Of a stretch of 64,000 nt of DNA, positions 49,854 through 63,864 are shown one piece after another. This stretch comes from Peribolospora baueri. Its lineage: Eukaryota. The stretch's first letter is position 1, and each line of letters opens with the position of its first letter. Where the stretch lies: the NCBI GenBank assembly GCA_029717555.1, contig JAMDHS010000046.1, forward strand, positions 1 to 64,000, in the 5' to 3' direction. The notes beneath the pieces are model-generated. The model made no database searches, was not told where the DNA came from, and worked only from the letters and a program-made list of their open reading frames with translations. Position numbers and translations under genes: made by a program.

Positions 49854-52800
49854 CTATTTCTTCTTCTTCTTAGCCTGGGCCACATGCGCCCTAAGCTTCT
49901 TCTGTTTATCCCGTAAGCTGGCCGTCTTCTTCCCCCTAACCCGCTGACTGTATTGAACCATCTTGAAATTCTTGGTAGAATGCGCCTTCTGCTTGTTGGT
50001 GCTGGAGCTCGGTGCCTCCTTCTTCTTCTTGCCTTTGTTGCTTCCAAACTTTTCTCTACCCTCACGACCTTTCTGGATGGACGCCATGCGCTCCTCGTAA
50101 TCCGCTTTAGCTTTTTTCCGAGGTCCTACGATATCGCCTTCCGTCAGGAATTCCTGGTTGTCGGCACCGGAGGAGTGTCGTTGCGCCTCCTTCAGAGCCG
50201 CCAACTTGCGCTTCGCTGCCTTTCCGCCACCCTCTTCAGCCTCTTTCTGGGCAGCTTCTAGGCGTAGCTCATTAAGCTTGGCAAAATCGGCTGGGGTGAG
50301 AATCTGGAATGGCGGATGGTGAGAATGAGTGTCGTCAAGGTCAGCCAAGTACAACGGGAAAAGCGTCCTAGAGAGGGATCGCCTCACCCTCTCTTGCGCC
50401 AACGTTGACATCTTCTTCTCCTCTGCCTCAACAGCGCTCTCGACCCGAGATAACTCTCCGTCCTTGTCCTCCCCACCACTGTCCTCACTGGCGTCACTCC
50501 CAGCGCGTCGCTTCCCTTTCGATCTCCTACCCTTCTCCTTCACCTTACCCTTGGGCCCCTCTTTCGAGTCCTCCTCCTCCGAATCGCTAATTTCGAAGCC
50601 ACCGTCGCTTTCGTCCCCAGACGAAACTTCCATCCAGCCAGATGAGTCGGAGTCCGAGCCCGAGTCATCCGACTCCACATCCCACCCTTCCCATTCATCG
50701 CCTTCCTCCTCATCCTCCGATCCTGAGCCGGCGGCAGCTTTTTTGGAGGTGAGGTGCTCTTCGAGTAGTTCCAAACCGTCGATACCAGTCACCGCGTCGG
50801 CTGATTCACCGAACTGACGTACTCGGGTCCCAATCAGGCCCATCGTTGCGGCTTTACCCTATAGATCGAACGCACGCAAAGAGCCGTGAGCATTGACGCC
50901 TGACAAAGGCCTTCTGAAACGAGATATTCCAAGCACAACTCACTCTTTCCTTCTTTTTCAACATGCCCGGATTGACTTCCCTGAACAACGCCAATATACC
51001 CCTGGCAGCCGTAGTGACGCCCTTGTCCCTACTCTTCCGATATTCCACCAAATCTTCCAACAGGTCCTTCTCCATGCACCACGGTTGTCTTCGGCAAACT
51101 TCTCGGATCCCGTTGATCCCTGCCGCCACGACTTCGGGGCCCACGCCTGGGTGAACGAACTCGGTCGCGATCTTGCGGATCACCGGCGTAAGGACGTCTG
51201 GTGGCGTCAAATCGTGCACGGACTGGGCAAGGGAGACCAGGATGAGCGTGATGCGCAGTTGGTGGTAGGTGAGGTATCTGAAGCGGTGTCGATTCAAAGG
51301 GGTCAATCCGACCTTTGGTTAGCCATTCTGTCGTTGGGACAAGTGGATGCAACGACTCCAAAGCGCCACTAATCTCAACAGGCCCGCACTCACTTTGTGA
51401 TGTAACCGTAGAATCCTAGCACGGTGAGCTTGTGCGAGCCCATTAGTCGGCTGAGGAGCTGCATGATGAGAATCTTCTGGTCCAGGCTGTGGTGCTTGTC
51501 GTACCGCGAGAGATTCGCGTACAGGTTCTCGCCGAAACTTTGCGGGTCGTTTAGAAGATGCAGCGCAGAAAAGTTTGCTGACCCGGATTCCTCCGCTTTT
51601 GCTTTCCGCTTCTGTTAGGTCGAGCACGAAACAGGTTTAGGCTGACCCCCGCTGGAGTCGATATAGCAAGCAAGGGGCACCATCCAGAACGCACCTTTTT
51701 TGCGATATGGGAAGCCTTCCTGACAGCCTTGTCTCTCGACCGGGACTTCTTGTTCACCTTCCTCGCGTGCAGGATCTGGTCTATGTCTGGAACGTCGTCG
51801 TCGTCGTCGCTATCGTCCGACGCTTCGCCTGCCTCGTTTTCGTCGCCGAGGAAAAAACGGATCGCAGAGGCTTGAACGTAAACGTTGGGGTGGAAGCACG
51901 CTAGCTCGACTAGAGACACCGTCTTGGCATCGTGCCTGTGGAGTGGTCAACAAGAGTTCATGAGCTTTGCAGCAGATCGTAATGTCGGGGGGGGGGGAGG
52001 GATGGACACGGTCACTCACCACACATCCCTTCGCCACAGCTCCCTCGCCAGCCTCACAGCCCAAAGTGCCTCCTCCCTCTTCTTTCCCGTTGTCACAATA
52101 CCTCTTTTTCCACTTTCAATCCCTCCACGTCCACCATCCTCTCCCTGCCCCTGGACACCTCGCTCGATCATACCGAAAAGGAGACCCTGAACAACTCGAT
52201 TGAGACGATGGTTTTTGGATTTGGCGTTGGCAGAACGAATGTCGGATGTGATAGTAGCTTGGAGGAATGTCCGGAGCGAAGGGGAGATATTAGGAACCGA
52301 GAGGAGGGGGAAAAGCGTCCGGAGCAAACTGAAGAAACCAGTAGAAGTTGCAATGCGTTAGATAAGCCTACAATCAGAACAAGGGCCATGCCGTCAGGTA
52401 ACCCACTCCTCGCTACTTATGACACCTCGGTTCCGCAACAGAACCAGGCTCCTGACAAGCGTCTTGCGAACATCCGGCGTCAAGGTTGCGTGATGCTCGA
52501 GGAGCAAGGTCGAGATATGAGAAGGAAACGCCGCAGTGATGTCGGGATAGGATGGGGCAAGCTAAAGCATAGAACAAGATAATGTAATAGAGGTGTTTGA
52601 GGTCAACTTCCTTCCTGCCGCGCTTGCTCTCCTTAGGTCACAGCAGTAACGCTCACCTGAGCAATGAACCCAACCAAGCTCTCGAACCGCTTCGCCTCCC
52701 CCGCACCCATCTTACCCGCACCAGTACCAACTCCAACGTTACCAGCTCCCATCCCGACGGCGGCACCAACATCGTACGCAAAGATGCGCCGCAAACTCTC

Positions 52801-52956
52801 GTAGTGGTTCCACTGGCTCCGAAACTCGTCCACGTACGCCTTCGGGTCGCGCTTGAGGAGGTTCTGGAGGGCGGGCAGGTTGCTAGTATTGAGCAGTCCT
52901 CGACCTTGCCTCTGTGGCAGGTCTTCCGAGGGCATCTTGTCGAACTTGGGCGCCAT
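49854..52956 (-). CDS. SDA1: Sda1 pre-60S ribosome biogenesis protein
   Basis: [71 protein letters not shown] and [21 protein letters not shown]. Confidence 0.95.
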
Positions 52957-53175
52957 CTCGAGGGAATATCCTTGCGTCGACGACGGCGGTGCAAGGCGTT
53001 GGACCGGCCAAAGATTCTTTCTCAACGATCGTGAGTAGAAGAGCGAGGGAAACGCTGCGGCACTGATCCCCCGCAGCCTCCAGGTCGCCGCAGTCTTTCG
53101 AAGTCCATGTCCCTTCCGTCGACGAGTCTGTTGTTCCTCGTTCCGATCTGTTCATCTTCACCTAAATTGCCCAAG

Positions 53176-56165
53176 ATGGACGCCGATGATGACAGTATCA
53201 TGCTCAACTTTGCGTCTTCAGGGACGGCCGGAGGCTTTGTTCCTGGAAAGGCGCCGGCAAGGAAAGGCGGCAAGTGGAAGGATCGTCTGAAGGACAAGAG
53301 AAAGGCCGAGCACGCAGCCAAGAAGAGGCAGCGCGGAGAGATGGAAGACGGCGGCGATGCGAAGGATACCAACACAGCTTCAAGGTGAGTATCTGCGCTT
53401 TTTGGAGATGCAGTATGCCTGTTCAACGTCGCTGATGCCGGTGCTTCTTCACAGTGCGCCAAAACGCGCAAAACCCGCGAGTCAAGCACCTCAAACCAAG
53501 CCCATCAACGGTTCGGCTGCACAGCGGGCGACGTCTACCCTGAAGTCTGGCAGCGGCAATGTCTCTTCCTCTGCCCCTGTTATCTCTTCCCTTTTCTCGT
53601 CTAACCCCGTTATCAAGGCACTGGAACCTCAAAATTCAATGCCCCAGAAAGCCGGGCCGGCCTCCAACGCCCCTCTCAAGGACACGTCCTCCTTTGAGGG
53701 GCTCGGGCTGGACCCTTTGCTCGTCCACCATCTCCATTCTAAACTCAACGTTCAACGTCCTACATCTATTCAGCGCATGGCTCTCCCCTTCCTTCTCGGT
53801 TCCTCCGCGTCAACTGCGTCCAACCCGTTCCGAGACGTCTTCATCCAGAGCCAGACGGGTTCTGGAAAGACGCTCACCTTTCTCCTCCCTGTCATCCAAA
53901 CCCTGCTCCCTCTCTGCTCGGAGAGCTTTATCGACCGTTCCATCGGCACTTTGGCCATTGTCCTCGCCCCTACCCGGGAGCTGGCCAAGCAGATATACGA
54001 CGTCTTGGAGCGCCTGTTGAACATGTCGCTATCACTTCCGAAGAGCGAGGAGCAAAGCGCCGAAGAGGACTCTGTTGAACCGCCCCGACGTGCGAGGTGG
54101 ATTGTCCCGGGTCTCTTAACTGGAGGGACGGATCGAAACCACGAAAAGGCTCGACTGCGCAAGGGTTGCCCCATCGTGGTCGCTACCCCCGGTCGGTTGC
54201 TCGACCATCTGCAAAATTCGTCCTCATTCGATGTAAGCAAGTGCCGATGGCTGGTTCTTGACGAAGCCGACCGGCTGATGGAGCTCGGCTTTGAGGAGAC
54301 CATCAATGGAATCGTCAAGGCGCTTGATGGACGGAGGCGGATCGCTCTTACGGCAGCCAAGGAAGCCGCGGGCGAGGACGGAGAGATGGGTACGCTGGGT
54401 GTCAACTGGTGGGAAGGACGAAGACGCACGGTGCTGTGCTCGGCAACGATCAGAGAGGACGTGCAAGTGCTAGCGGGCCAGACACTTGTGGAGCCCGTCA
54501 TTCTCAAGGCCACGGCCGGGAGAGATTTCGGTGCAGATACCCCGAAGGTGGACATTGTGCCGGCCTCCAATGCAGCTTTGGATAGTCCTCAAGCGCACGC
54601 AGATAGCAGCACTGCGAAATTTACGCCACCCAGTCAGCTCACACAGAAGTACGTCATCGTTCCTGCTAAGCTTAGGTTGGTCACGCTGTTGGCTCTCCTG
54701 CGCTCGGTGCTGCAAGATTCGGGGAAGCAGAAAGGCAAGGAAAAGGGCACCCGAATCATTGTCTTTCTTAGTTGCACCGACTCTGTTGACTTCCACTGGA
54801 AGGCTTTGGGTGGAGCGACCATGAGTGATGGCGGTAGCGACGATGAGGGAGAGGCGCAAGGAGAGCAGAACGTAGCGGGTGTGAATGGCTCCGACGAAGA
54901 GGACATGGCAGGCGCTTCCAATCGCTCTAGGCCGACGAAAGGAGATCAGCCTCAGCGAAAGAAGAACCGAGTGGCCGCCTATTCTCAGCTGATTCCTCAC
55001 ACGCCGGTCTACCGACTGCACGGTTCGCTATCGCTTGCAGAACGCATGGAGTCGCTGAACGCCTTCACCGCCAAGCCCAAGCGGAACGTCGGGGATAAGG
55101 GCAAAGGGACCTCTGCAGATTCGGATTCGTCAGAAGACCACGGCGCCATCTTACTATGCACCTCCGTTGCTTCACGCGGCCTCGACCTTCCACTCGTACG
55201 ATGCGTCATCCAGTACGACCTGCCCACCGAAGGCGGTGCGACGGAGTACGTCCACCGTGTCGGCCGAACTGCGCGAGTAGGCAAAGGCGGCGAGGCGTGG
55301 TCGTTCGTTTTGCCATCCGAAGAAGCTTGGGTGTCGTGGATCGAGGAAGGAATGGGGGGCGCTGAGAAGGAGACATTTGGGAAGGAGGGGGAGAAAAAGG
55401 GATTAGTGCAGGTGGGCGTGCAGGATGCAATGAGGCGTGGATTCGGAGGCCGAGGGGATGAGTACGAGGCCAGGGCGACAGACGTGCAGCTCGCTTTCGA
55501 GCGATGGGTTGTGAAGAACAAGGATGTGAGTGTCTCGTCGGCATGGATTTCTTTCGCTTCCTCATCTTGTCTTCGTGGTGCCTGCTCGTCCGTTGATCCG
55601 TCTGACGAATCTTCTCGTCGGTTTCGGCCACCCTCAGGCAGGAGCTCTGGCCCGACGAGCGTTCCTCTCCCACATCCGTGCGTACGCCACGCACCCTTCG
55701 AACGAGAAACACATCTTCCACGTCCGCAACCTGCATCTGGGACACTTGGCCAAGGCTTTCGCCCTCCGGGAAGCTCCAGGGAACATCAAGGCCACGAAGG
55801 CTTCGGCGGGGCAGAAGGATGCTGCTACGCGTGCCGGCAAGAAGAAGACTGGAAAGGCTCACAAGAACAGAGTTTCGGCGGGCGCCGCCTCGGATGACTC
55901 CTCGGAGGAGGACAAGGAGGACGTCCTTCAGAAGCGGCCCTTCAGACACAAGCAGGGAAAGGAGGCACAGGACGCGGAGAGCAGGATGTACGCAAAGGTC
56001 CGAATGCAGGGCAAGTTGACCAAACGGGCCGGCGTGCTAGGCAGCTTCGGAGGCGGCCGCGGGGCGGCGAGCGGCGAGTTTCAGACAATGGGGTTGGGAG
56101 AGGTGGAGAAGCTGTTGGCGGGACAGGCGGGCGATGGTGGCGAAGGGAAGAGAAAACGCAAATGA
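53176..56165 (+). CDS. DBP7: DEAD-box RNA helicase Dbp7 (60S biogenesis)
   Basis: IMLNF...[10 protein letters not shown]-terminus; [48 protein letters not shown]-terminal [16 protein letters not shown]. Confidence 0.95.
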
Positions 56166-56334
56166 TGGTCGTGTGTTTGCTTTGCGCTCTTGTCGATTTG
56201 TGCTGTTTCTGCCACAAAGAAATAAGATTATGCAATTCTTGGTCGGGAACGACCATACAAGTACAGATGTTCATGCCTCCGTCTTCCTCGCCGCTCGCTC
56301 GCGCCCTCATTTTTTTTAAATTGGACGAATATTA

Positions 56335-58196
56335 TCATTCCGACCGAACGGTTTCCATCGTCGTGAGCCCGATTTCGTCCGGCCCTCCCACCCCCTCCTC
56401 GTCCTGATTGAGCGGCTCATACGCCTGGCCGCCGCTATTGCCAGCCTTGACACACTCCCACTCTATGCGGAAGAAGACCCACATCCACCTCCTCAGCACC
56501 TCCAATGCCTCCATGACAAAAACGCCTCCCTCAAACTCGATAACATCATGCAAATGGGAGGAGAGCTTGAGGGACCAGGTCAGTCGGAGGATAAGGTCGA
56601 GAAAAATGGAGAGATGATATGCTGAAACGTCTGGAAAGAGGAGCACGGGGCGGAGGCCGAACAAAGTAGTGGAAGACGGGGATGAGAAAGAGGCGTGTGG
56701 TGAATGTGTTTTTGATGGGGAAGGGGGACGGGCCGCTGTACTCGAGCCAGTCGCTCTGCTCTTCTCTCCTATGTCATCATCATTCTCCGCCGCAGGTCGC
56801 GGCAAAGGCGATTCTAACGCCGAGCGAACACTGGCCCCAGAAAACGATGAGAAAAGGCGGGCGGCCACAGACGTCCCTCTAGCGTGGCCTCGGCCTGGCA
56901 AGGGCCAGTCGCTGAAGGTTGGGTTGGGGTTGGAGAGCCAAGTGGAAGGAGCTAGGATGGAGAAACCCCAATCGTTCGTGATATCCCACCAGAAGGAATA
57001 GAGAGAGTTGACGAGCACAGCAAGGACCCTTTGCATATGGAATGCATTAGAAAAGAGCATCGTAATGAGCCTCTGAGAGTATAACAGTGCTGCACTCCAA
57101 AACGGTAACTCACCACAGCTGAAATGGGGAATCCGGACCAAGCCAGCCTCCCCTGCTCTCCGTCCCCTCAGAGCTCTCGTCTCTCTTCTGGAGTACGGAG
57201 AACAAGATGACGGGAAAGGCGGAAGCGTATTTGAGAGCGTTGAGGAGCGAACGTCTCTGCTTGAAGTCGGATGTAACGTATTCGGCAAGGCATTGACGAA
57301 ACCTAATGCAGTATGGCAAGCTGAAGGCCAAGCATGGAGAATATGTGCACATGAGTTTTCAGAGCAGCCATAAAAAAACCAAGAGGCCGGACTCACGTGG
57401 TCATTAGAGGCACCATAATGTCACGATGGCATGCACTCGCCCGCCACCCCGACCGTCCTAACGTGTCCGCCGACCCAGCGGCTATGAGCAGGCAGCCGGC
57501 GACCCAAACGTCACCAAAGACTTTGGCGAAGGAGGTCAAGACATCGGCCAAGATCACGTCGGAGAAGGAGACTCTTCGACGCAGACTTGGATTGACCACG
57601 CGCCACACCGCGCTGGCTCGCACAACAAGATCAGAATTGCAGGTCAGTGACAAAGCCGATCTCAACAACTCCAGCTTGGAGAGAGCTCACCGGAGAAACC
57701 TGTACCGTTGAGCTCGGTAGAAGATGTTCCCAGGCCAGACGAGCATGACGAGCGGAACGAGAAGGACGAAACACTGCAAGGTAATCAAGTTGGCCCGCCA
57801 CATAATGATCGAGTCCACTGCGCCTCCTGCCAACAGCCTGAATGCCCACCATCCTGCGAGGGTCCAGGCGGCCAAGAGAGCGGCTAGCTTGTACGCGGGT
57901 GCATACAGCGTCTTCGGGTGAACATACGTCTGCGCGCCTAGTGGCGGGGGAGCACTGGTGAGCGCTCTGGACAACGACCAGTGGTGGGAGGGTTCTGTGC
58001 GCACGTCGAGGACGCGAGGTACGTCGATGCCGAGGAAGGCAAGGAATTGAACGTTGGACGCCCAGCCGAGTATACCCAGCGAGACGAGGGAGAGCACGCG
58101 GAAGGGCAGGGGGATCACCTCCGAAAATGACGGTCCGCCAGCAGAGGCACCATCCGTGAGAAGGGAAGGGGCGGGGTCAAGTACTTCGGAGGCCAT
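56335..58196 (-). CDS. ERD1: EXS-domain membrane protein, Erd1-like
   Basis: PLPFRVL, FSDVILADVLTSFAKVFGD, LPYCIRFRQCL, NALKYASAFP, NSLYSFWWDITNDW, DLILRLTWSLKLS and EVLRRWMWVFFRIEWE; no SPX domain. Confidence 0.88.
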
Positions 58197-58379
58197 CGCC
58201 GGTATAGGAGGCGATGGCGATGAGGAGGGCCGACAGTTGTGGTGGTGGTGAGAAGAACGAAGCCGGGTCGCGGAGCACGCACGTGTATGCGCCCTCGTTT
58301 CACCAGCCGCAGCCGATCGTGGGGAGCACAGACCAGCTGGTTCGTCCTTGCGCTCGACTGACTTCTCCCCTCAACGACC

Positions 58380-61300
58380 ATGTCCATGATATCCTCCGGC
58401 TTACCGTTGTCTTTCGACGGAGAATCGGGCTCTATAGACGAGAATGCTCCTCACCGGTCGTCTACGGGAGGGCAGTCCTCCACCAGTCCCTCCGAACGAC
58501 GACCGCTCATCCTACCCAAACATCGTCAGCAACGGAGGTTTCCGCTTGGCGACTTCTTTCAGAACAACCCCTTCCAGGCTCCCAAGTCTTCTTCCTGGAA
58601 CGATGGTTCGATGCGTAAGCCAGAACAGCCTTTTGCCAGTAGGGGTCCCGCTTTCAAGCGACCCCTATCGCACGATTCCGATGCGAACGACGGCAAGTCT
58701 AAGATGGCGAAGCTCCCAGAGTATGCCACGTCGCCTCTCGTCGGCAGTCCCGTTGGCCACGACGCAGTCGAGACATACCACTCGACCAAGGCTTCCACGC
58801 CAATGCCTTCCACTTTTGCCGCCCTGCTTGAGCTCAACAAGCAGGCGGTTGCAGACTTTGAAGCGCTGAAGAAAGAGTTGAAGGAGAAAGTAAGCCGTGA
58901 AGTGGCGGCGGGAACACGACGTCGAAGCGGTGACCGAGTGTCATCGTATCCACCGTGCTCGTGTCTATCCAGGAAAATGAAGCTATCCACCTTCGCACGG
59001 AGCTCAAGGATGCCCAGGATCTCGCGAAGCAGCGGGAGATCAAGTTCAAAGGCCTTACAGAAAGAGCCAAGCATGGTTTGGAGGGGTAGGCACCGGCCGC
59101 ACCATACCTCCTTCCTTAATCTCCCTCTTTCTTCACTTTGCTTTCCGTTAATGCTCACTCTTGTATGCGGGACACATTCAGTCTTGATGATGTGAAGCGG
59201 AAGTGGGACGATCACAGGGCAAAGTACCGCGAAGTCGTCGATCTTTTTGACAAGGAGAAGATCACCATCGACGAGGTTCGCGGCGCGCTGAGGGAGGCAC
59301 AGGAGCGTTAGTATTCCAGCACAAGCGGCATCGGGCTTGATACCACAGCACGGGGTCTCTGAATTCCTTTCTTATGATTGTTCGTAGGCGTTGACGAGGC
59401 GTTGAATGAAGACGGCGGTCGGCTTCGCAACCTAGCCGACAGGAGCAAGGCCATCCTGCAGAGGTACGTTTTAGTCTTCAGCGGAGAGAGCCTCAAAGCA
59501 TTAATTCCTACGTCTAATTCTGGATTTTTTCTTTGGAATAGCTACGAGGAGCACTTCGCCACTCGTGAGACCTTCCTCATTGGTTGATCAAGTTGCACGC
59601 GCATATACGCACCTTGTCGAGGCATAATCTTTTTCTTATATCTCGCAGTGGACGAGCGCTACAATTTGCAGAAGGAACATCTCTCGCGAGCTCTGGGTGA
59701 CCTCTCTGAAGCGAAGGACAGAATTTCTACTCTCGAGAAGAGCTTGGAAACGGCACATTCCGCGTGGGAGAAGGAAGCGGAGGATATCAAGACGCTTCGT
59801 GAGCGGATGCTCATAGCACGATAGATCTTCCATCTTGTCCCACCCCTGACCTACCTGTGTTTTTTTTTGCTCAGATCTGCAAAAGGACAAGCTACGCGAT
59901 GACCTTTTGACCAAGGAGCGTGCACTGCAGGAAGCGCTACTCGACGCCGCACGTTTGGAATCCGAGCAGAGCAAGCTGCGGGACGACCTCTCAGCGACGC
60001 AGCGCGAACTGCAGGAAGCTGTTGACAAAACGGCTCATCAAGAGGACCAGCAGCACGATATGCAGAAAGATCTCTCGAAAAAAGAGCGTCTTCTTCAGGA
60101 TGCGCAGCTCGAAGCAGTGCGATTGGAAGAGCGCATAGCTATGATCGAGAAGAGCTTGGAGACAACGCATACATTGTGGGCAAAAAACGCTGAGGATCTT
60201 AAGGACATTTGTAAGTCGCCGAATTGTCGAGTGCCTGGTGAAAGTCGGGGAAGTTTGCCTGAGCAGTATGAGATTGCCTTACTCGTCCCTTTCGGCGCCT
60301 TTCAGCTGACCAGAGGGACAAGCTGCAGAAAGATCTTTCGGCGAAAGAGAGCGAGCTACAGCAAGCTTTGTTAAGAATGAAACATCAAGAAGGCGAGAAC
60401 GACCGACTGAGGGGAGAACTTTCGGTGAAGGAGTCCGAACTACGGGAGGTGCAACTTGGCGCGGTGCGGCAGGGGGAAATGCTCCAGGACAAGGAGAATC
60501 GGTAAGTCGCCACCATTTGCCGTACGCTTATGCTTATGGTGCTCGCGGACTCTGTCTATTCTCTGGGCTTTCTTTCCGACCCATGGCCTTCTTGGGCCAG
60601 ATTTTCTTAGCATTCTGCAGCTCGAAAGCCGAAACGACGCCCTCCTCGACGAGGTGGATGCGATTAGGAAGAAACTGGAGGATTCCAAGCAAGTCTCATA
60701 TATAATGAAGCAAAGAGTGGGCACGAACTGACGCGCTCTCGCATCCTCCTCTCAGCCTCAGGAACGACACTCTCCAGCAGTCTCTTAATGATACGAATCC
60801 GACACGCGCGGGACTTGACAAGCACGTTGAGGACCTTAAACGTAAGCTCGACAACCTTGCGGGGGACAAGGCAAGGGCCGAAGAGCTGTGCGCGAGCCTA
60901 CAGAAGGACCAGAAGCAGCAAGCACATGAACACCAGCAACTGCTTGACGCGGAGAAGGATGTCCACCATCGGCTTCAGGAGTCCCAGAAAGAGGTTGGAG
61001 AGTTGAGCGCAAAGATCGCTTCCCTGGAGGCGAGCAAGAAAGAACTCGAAAAGGCAGTCCAGGAAAGCACCGGCCTCACCGCCAGCGTCCACGAAAGGCT
61101 CGCCCGAGATCAGTTGGTTCGTAACCTCACCTGCCTCCGGTCACGTCTTTTTCTTTCTTATGAGGCAAAGTTGACAATACTATCGGCGGCACATTGTCAT
61201 ACTTCCAGACCGAAAGCGAGAAGGCACTGGCGACGAAACTTCTCAGCGATTTCGAAGACCAGATGGAGAAAGTCGTCGCGAGCAAGGACAACATCATCAA

Positions 61301-61868
61301 GCAGGTAAGAGCAACGATACCACGAGCACCTCCGTCCTGGTTCCGCATTGTTCACGTAGCCGCCATCGCTTTTTCTAATCTCTTTTCTCAGAGAGAAAAC
61401 AAGGTACGCCAAAACGAAAAGAGGACGGCTCAGCTTCAGAAGGAACTGGTCTGTACGATTTCCCGGCCACATTTTCGACCTCCATTTCTATGCCCAATCG
61501 CTGAAACACTTCAAATATATGCTTTGTTGTAGGCAGCGCTCAAGTCCAAGAGTGGTCAGAGAGCTCGGGACCTCACGCAAGCTCTGGGGATGTCGTCTCC
61601 GGTATCTACCATGTCGACCTCGTCTGCTCTTGTGGGAGATGGGTGGAGCATGGCAGTCAGTGTGAGTGTTTTATTTCGCCGTTCATGGGCGCTCGCTTTG
61701 AAAGGACGTAAGGACAGGCTAGACCTGAGTCGAACTATACCGAGCCAGAGAGAAGAGGGTCAGGAAATCGGTACCACCGCCGCTGTCGGGTCAAGCACGA
61801 GCATCAATGCGGATCCGATCTCGGTCCCCGGTGTCAAGACAAGGACTGGTAAGAGGACGAAGCGTTGA
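58380..61868 (+). CDS. Hypothetical long coiled-coil protein (multi-exon)
   Basis: Low-complexity N-terminus, then many GT-AG-bounded exons rich in E/K/Q/L with heptad character. No family recognised; the 3' end is approximate. Confidence 0.65.
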
Positions 61869-61934
61869 ATGGGAAAAGGAGCAAATCAGTCTGCGCCTCG
61901 TCTATGCGTAGTCTCTCCCAGGTCTAGGTCGCTT

Positions 61935-63864
61935 TCATTGTTCATTGTCAGGAGCATGAAAGATCCGCAGTAATCGTACATCTCCGGTTTGTGCATCTTC
62001 ACCGCCTACAAAGACGGGCAAAGAGCCCGTACGCAATGGCGTTTTCAACTCAACGGGCTCGTGGGCCAGGTCTGCCCGCGCTGTGAATGGGGAAGGTTGA
62101 TTGAGCGCATCATCGAGTGTCGTTTCCAAAGGCTGCGCAGCGCTTACCTAATCCATTGAGGAACGTAGCATACGTCTCTGCGTTGCGCACCGTCGAAGCG
62201 ACATACGCCTCCGGAAGCGGCCTTAGAACGCCGCCATTGGTCGAGCGTGAGCTCGATTTGCAGAGAGCGAGGTGGAGGACGGAGTGTAGCTCGGGAATGA
62301 GGGAGGGGTCATAGACCTAGAACAGACATGAAGAACGTAGACGTTGGCTTTCATCAAGAACGCATCTCCGATTGGGAAAAATTGCCGGTCCGACATTCAT
62401 TTAAACATGTGCTCACCACGTCAGCAGCAACGATCACATCCGGCTGTACTTCCTCCTGCAACCATCTGGCCATGTCGGTTCCTTTTCGATCTTCACCCGA
62501 TGCCTCGCGCATCGACCCTTCTTCCGCGTCGGAGAGACGGAGATGGGTGGCGACGGCAAGCCAATCAAGTGAATGGACAGTTGTGTTAGAGGAGAGTTGA
62601 TCTGTATTTTACGGCAGGATGAAGAGAAGAGGGTTGGAGGCGTGAATCGAGAGCCAACAGTCGATGGCAAAGGCAAGTAACAGCCAAGAATGCAGATGTC
62701 CTCATACTGACTGATTTCCACGTTCTCCCGACACCGCTTCAGCACCTCTTCGTTCACATCAGTGATCCACACTTGTCCTCTTCCCACGGGATCGTCTCTT
62801 CCTACTCGGAAGTCCTTGTCCTCTGACTGATCGCAAATGGACTGGAGCTGCGCTATGAGCATGCTCAGGAAGCCGATACCTCCACCGAGTTCGAGGACCC
62901 GCTTGCCCCTGATAGGAGAAGGGTCAGAAAGGAGATGTGTCGCGAGCGTGAAGCTAAGAAGGGATGGAACATGGACGGGCATGAGCACATGAACACCCGC
63001 TTAGAAAAAGGGTGCGCGGTCAGGTTGCTCACCTAGCCTCCCATGTCCTCAGCCCGGTCGTTCCTCTCGATATGGTCATCTTCTCTTCCAACAGAGTGAT
63101 CCTTCCGTATCCACCCAGAAGGTCGTCTTGGTTAGTTGACGATCTCTGTTGGCCGAAGTGGGACAGAAGAGGATAAAAATAGGTAATATAAGAGTTGGAG
63201 GGAGCTGGGGAAAAACTGGGGGAGGGAAGCGCATCGCCCATGGCCGGGAACAAGATTAAAGGGGATTTGAGCTGGGGTACAACAAAGCAGTGAACAAGGT
63301 CACCGAGACCAGTCCAATGTCACACCCACTCCATGGCGCCGCGAGGGGAAAGGGTGCAGGAGGGGTTCGGGCAGAGGGTGTCCATGTAACGAAACAGGAG
63401 GTCCTCATCCAACTCCTGGAGGAATTTCGGTCAAAAGCATGAATAGAGAGCGGACAGACGAGAAAGAGAAAGGAAATGTGCAGTGATGTGAGCAAGAGTA
63501 GATTTCCCTAGTACTCTTTGATCTACGTACAGACGACCGCGCAGATGGGGAGACAGACACGCACAAACTCCACCTCGCCGGTGTCATCTCTCCCAGCTCC
63601 CTCCAGCTCCCTCTCCAGCCTGCCCACGAGCTCCTTCAGCCATGCCCTGCGGTACTCTGAGCTGGGAGGATAGGCAACCAGGCGAGGGTGGTCCAACACG
63701 AGCGAACAGATGTGGCGCTGAAGCGGAACGAGGGGACAGGGGGGCCACTGGACGAAACGGAGGGGCCGGGAAGAGGCGTACTGAAGGAGGAGCTGGCGGA
63801 GGGCCTCCGCCTCTGACGCCGAAGGGGGCGCCGGTGTGGCGTTGGCTTGGAGGGCCATATCCAT
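61935..63864 (-). CDS. EFM3: Protein-lysine methyltransferase, EEF2KMT/FAM86 (Efm3)-like
   Basis: FAM86-like YPPSSEYRRAWLK; ISRGTTGLRTWEA, motif I VLELGGGIGF, ITDVN, LDW, AADV|VYDP and STVRN. Confidence 0.88.
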
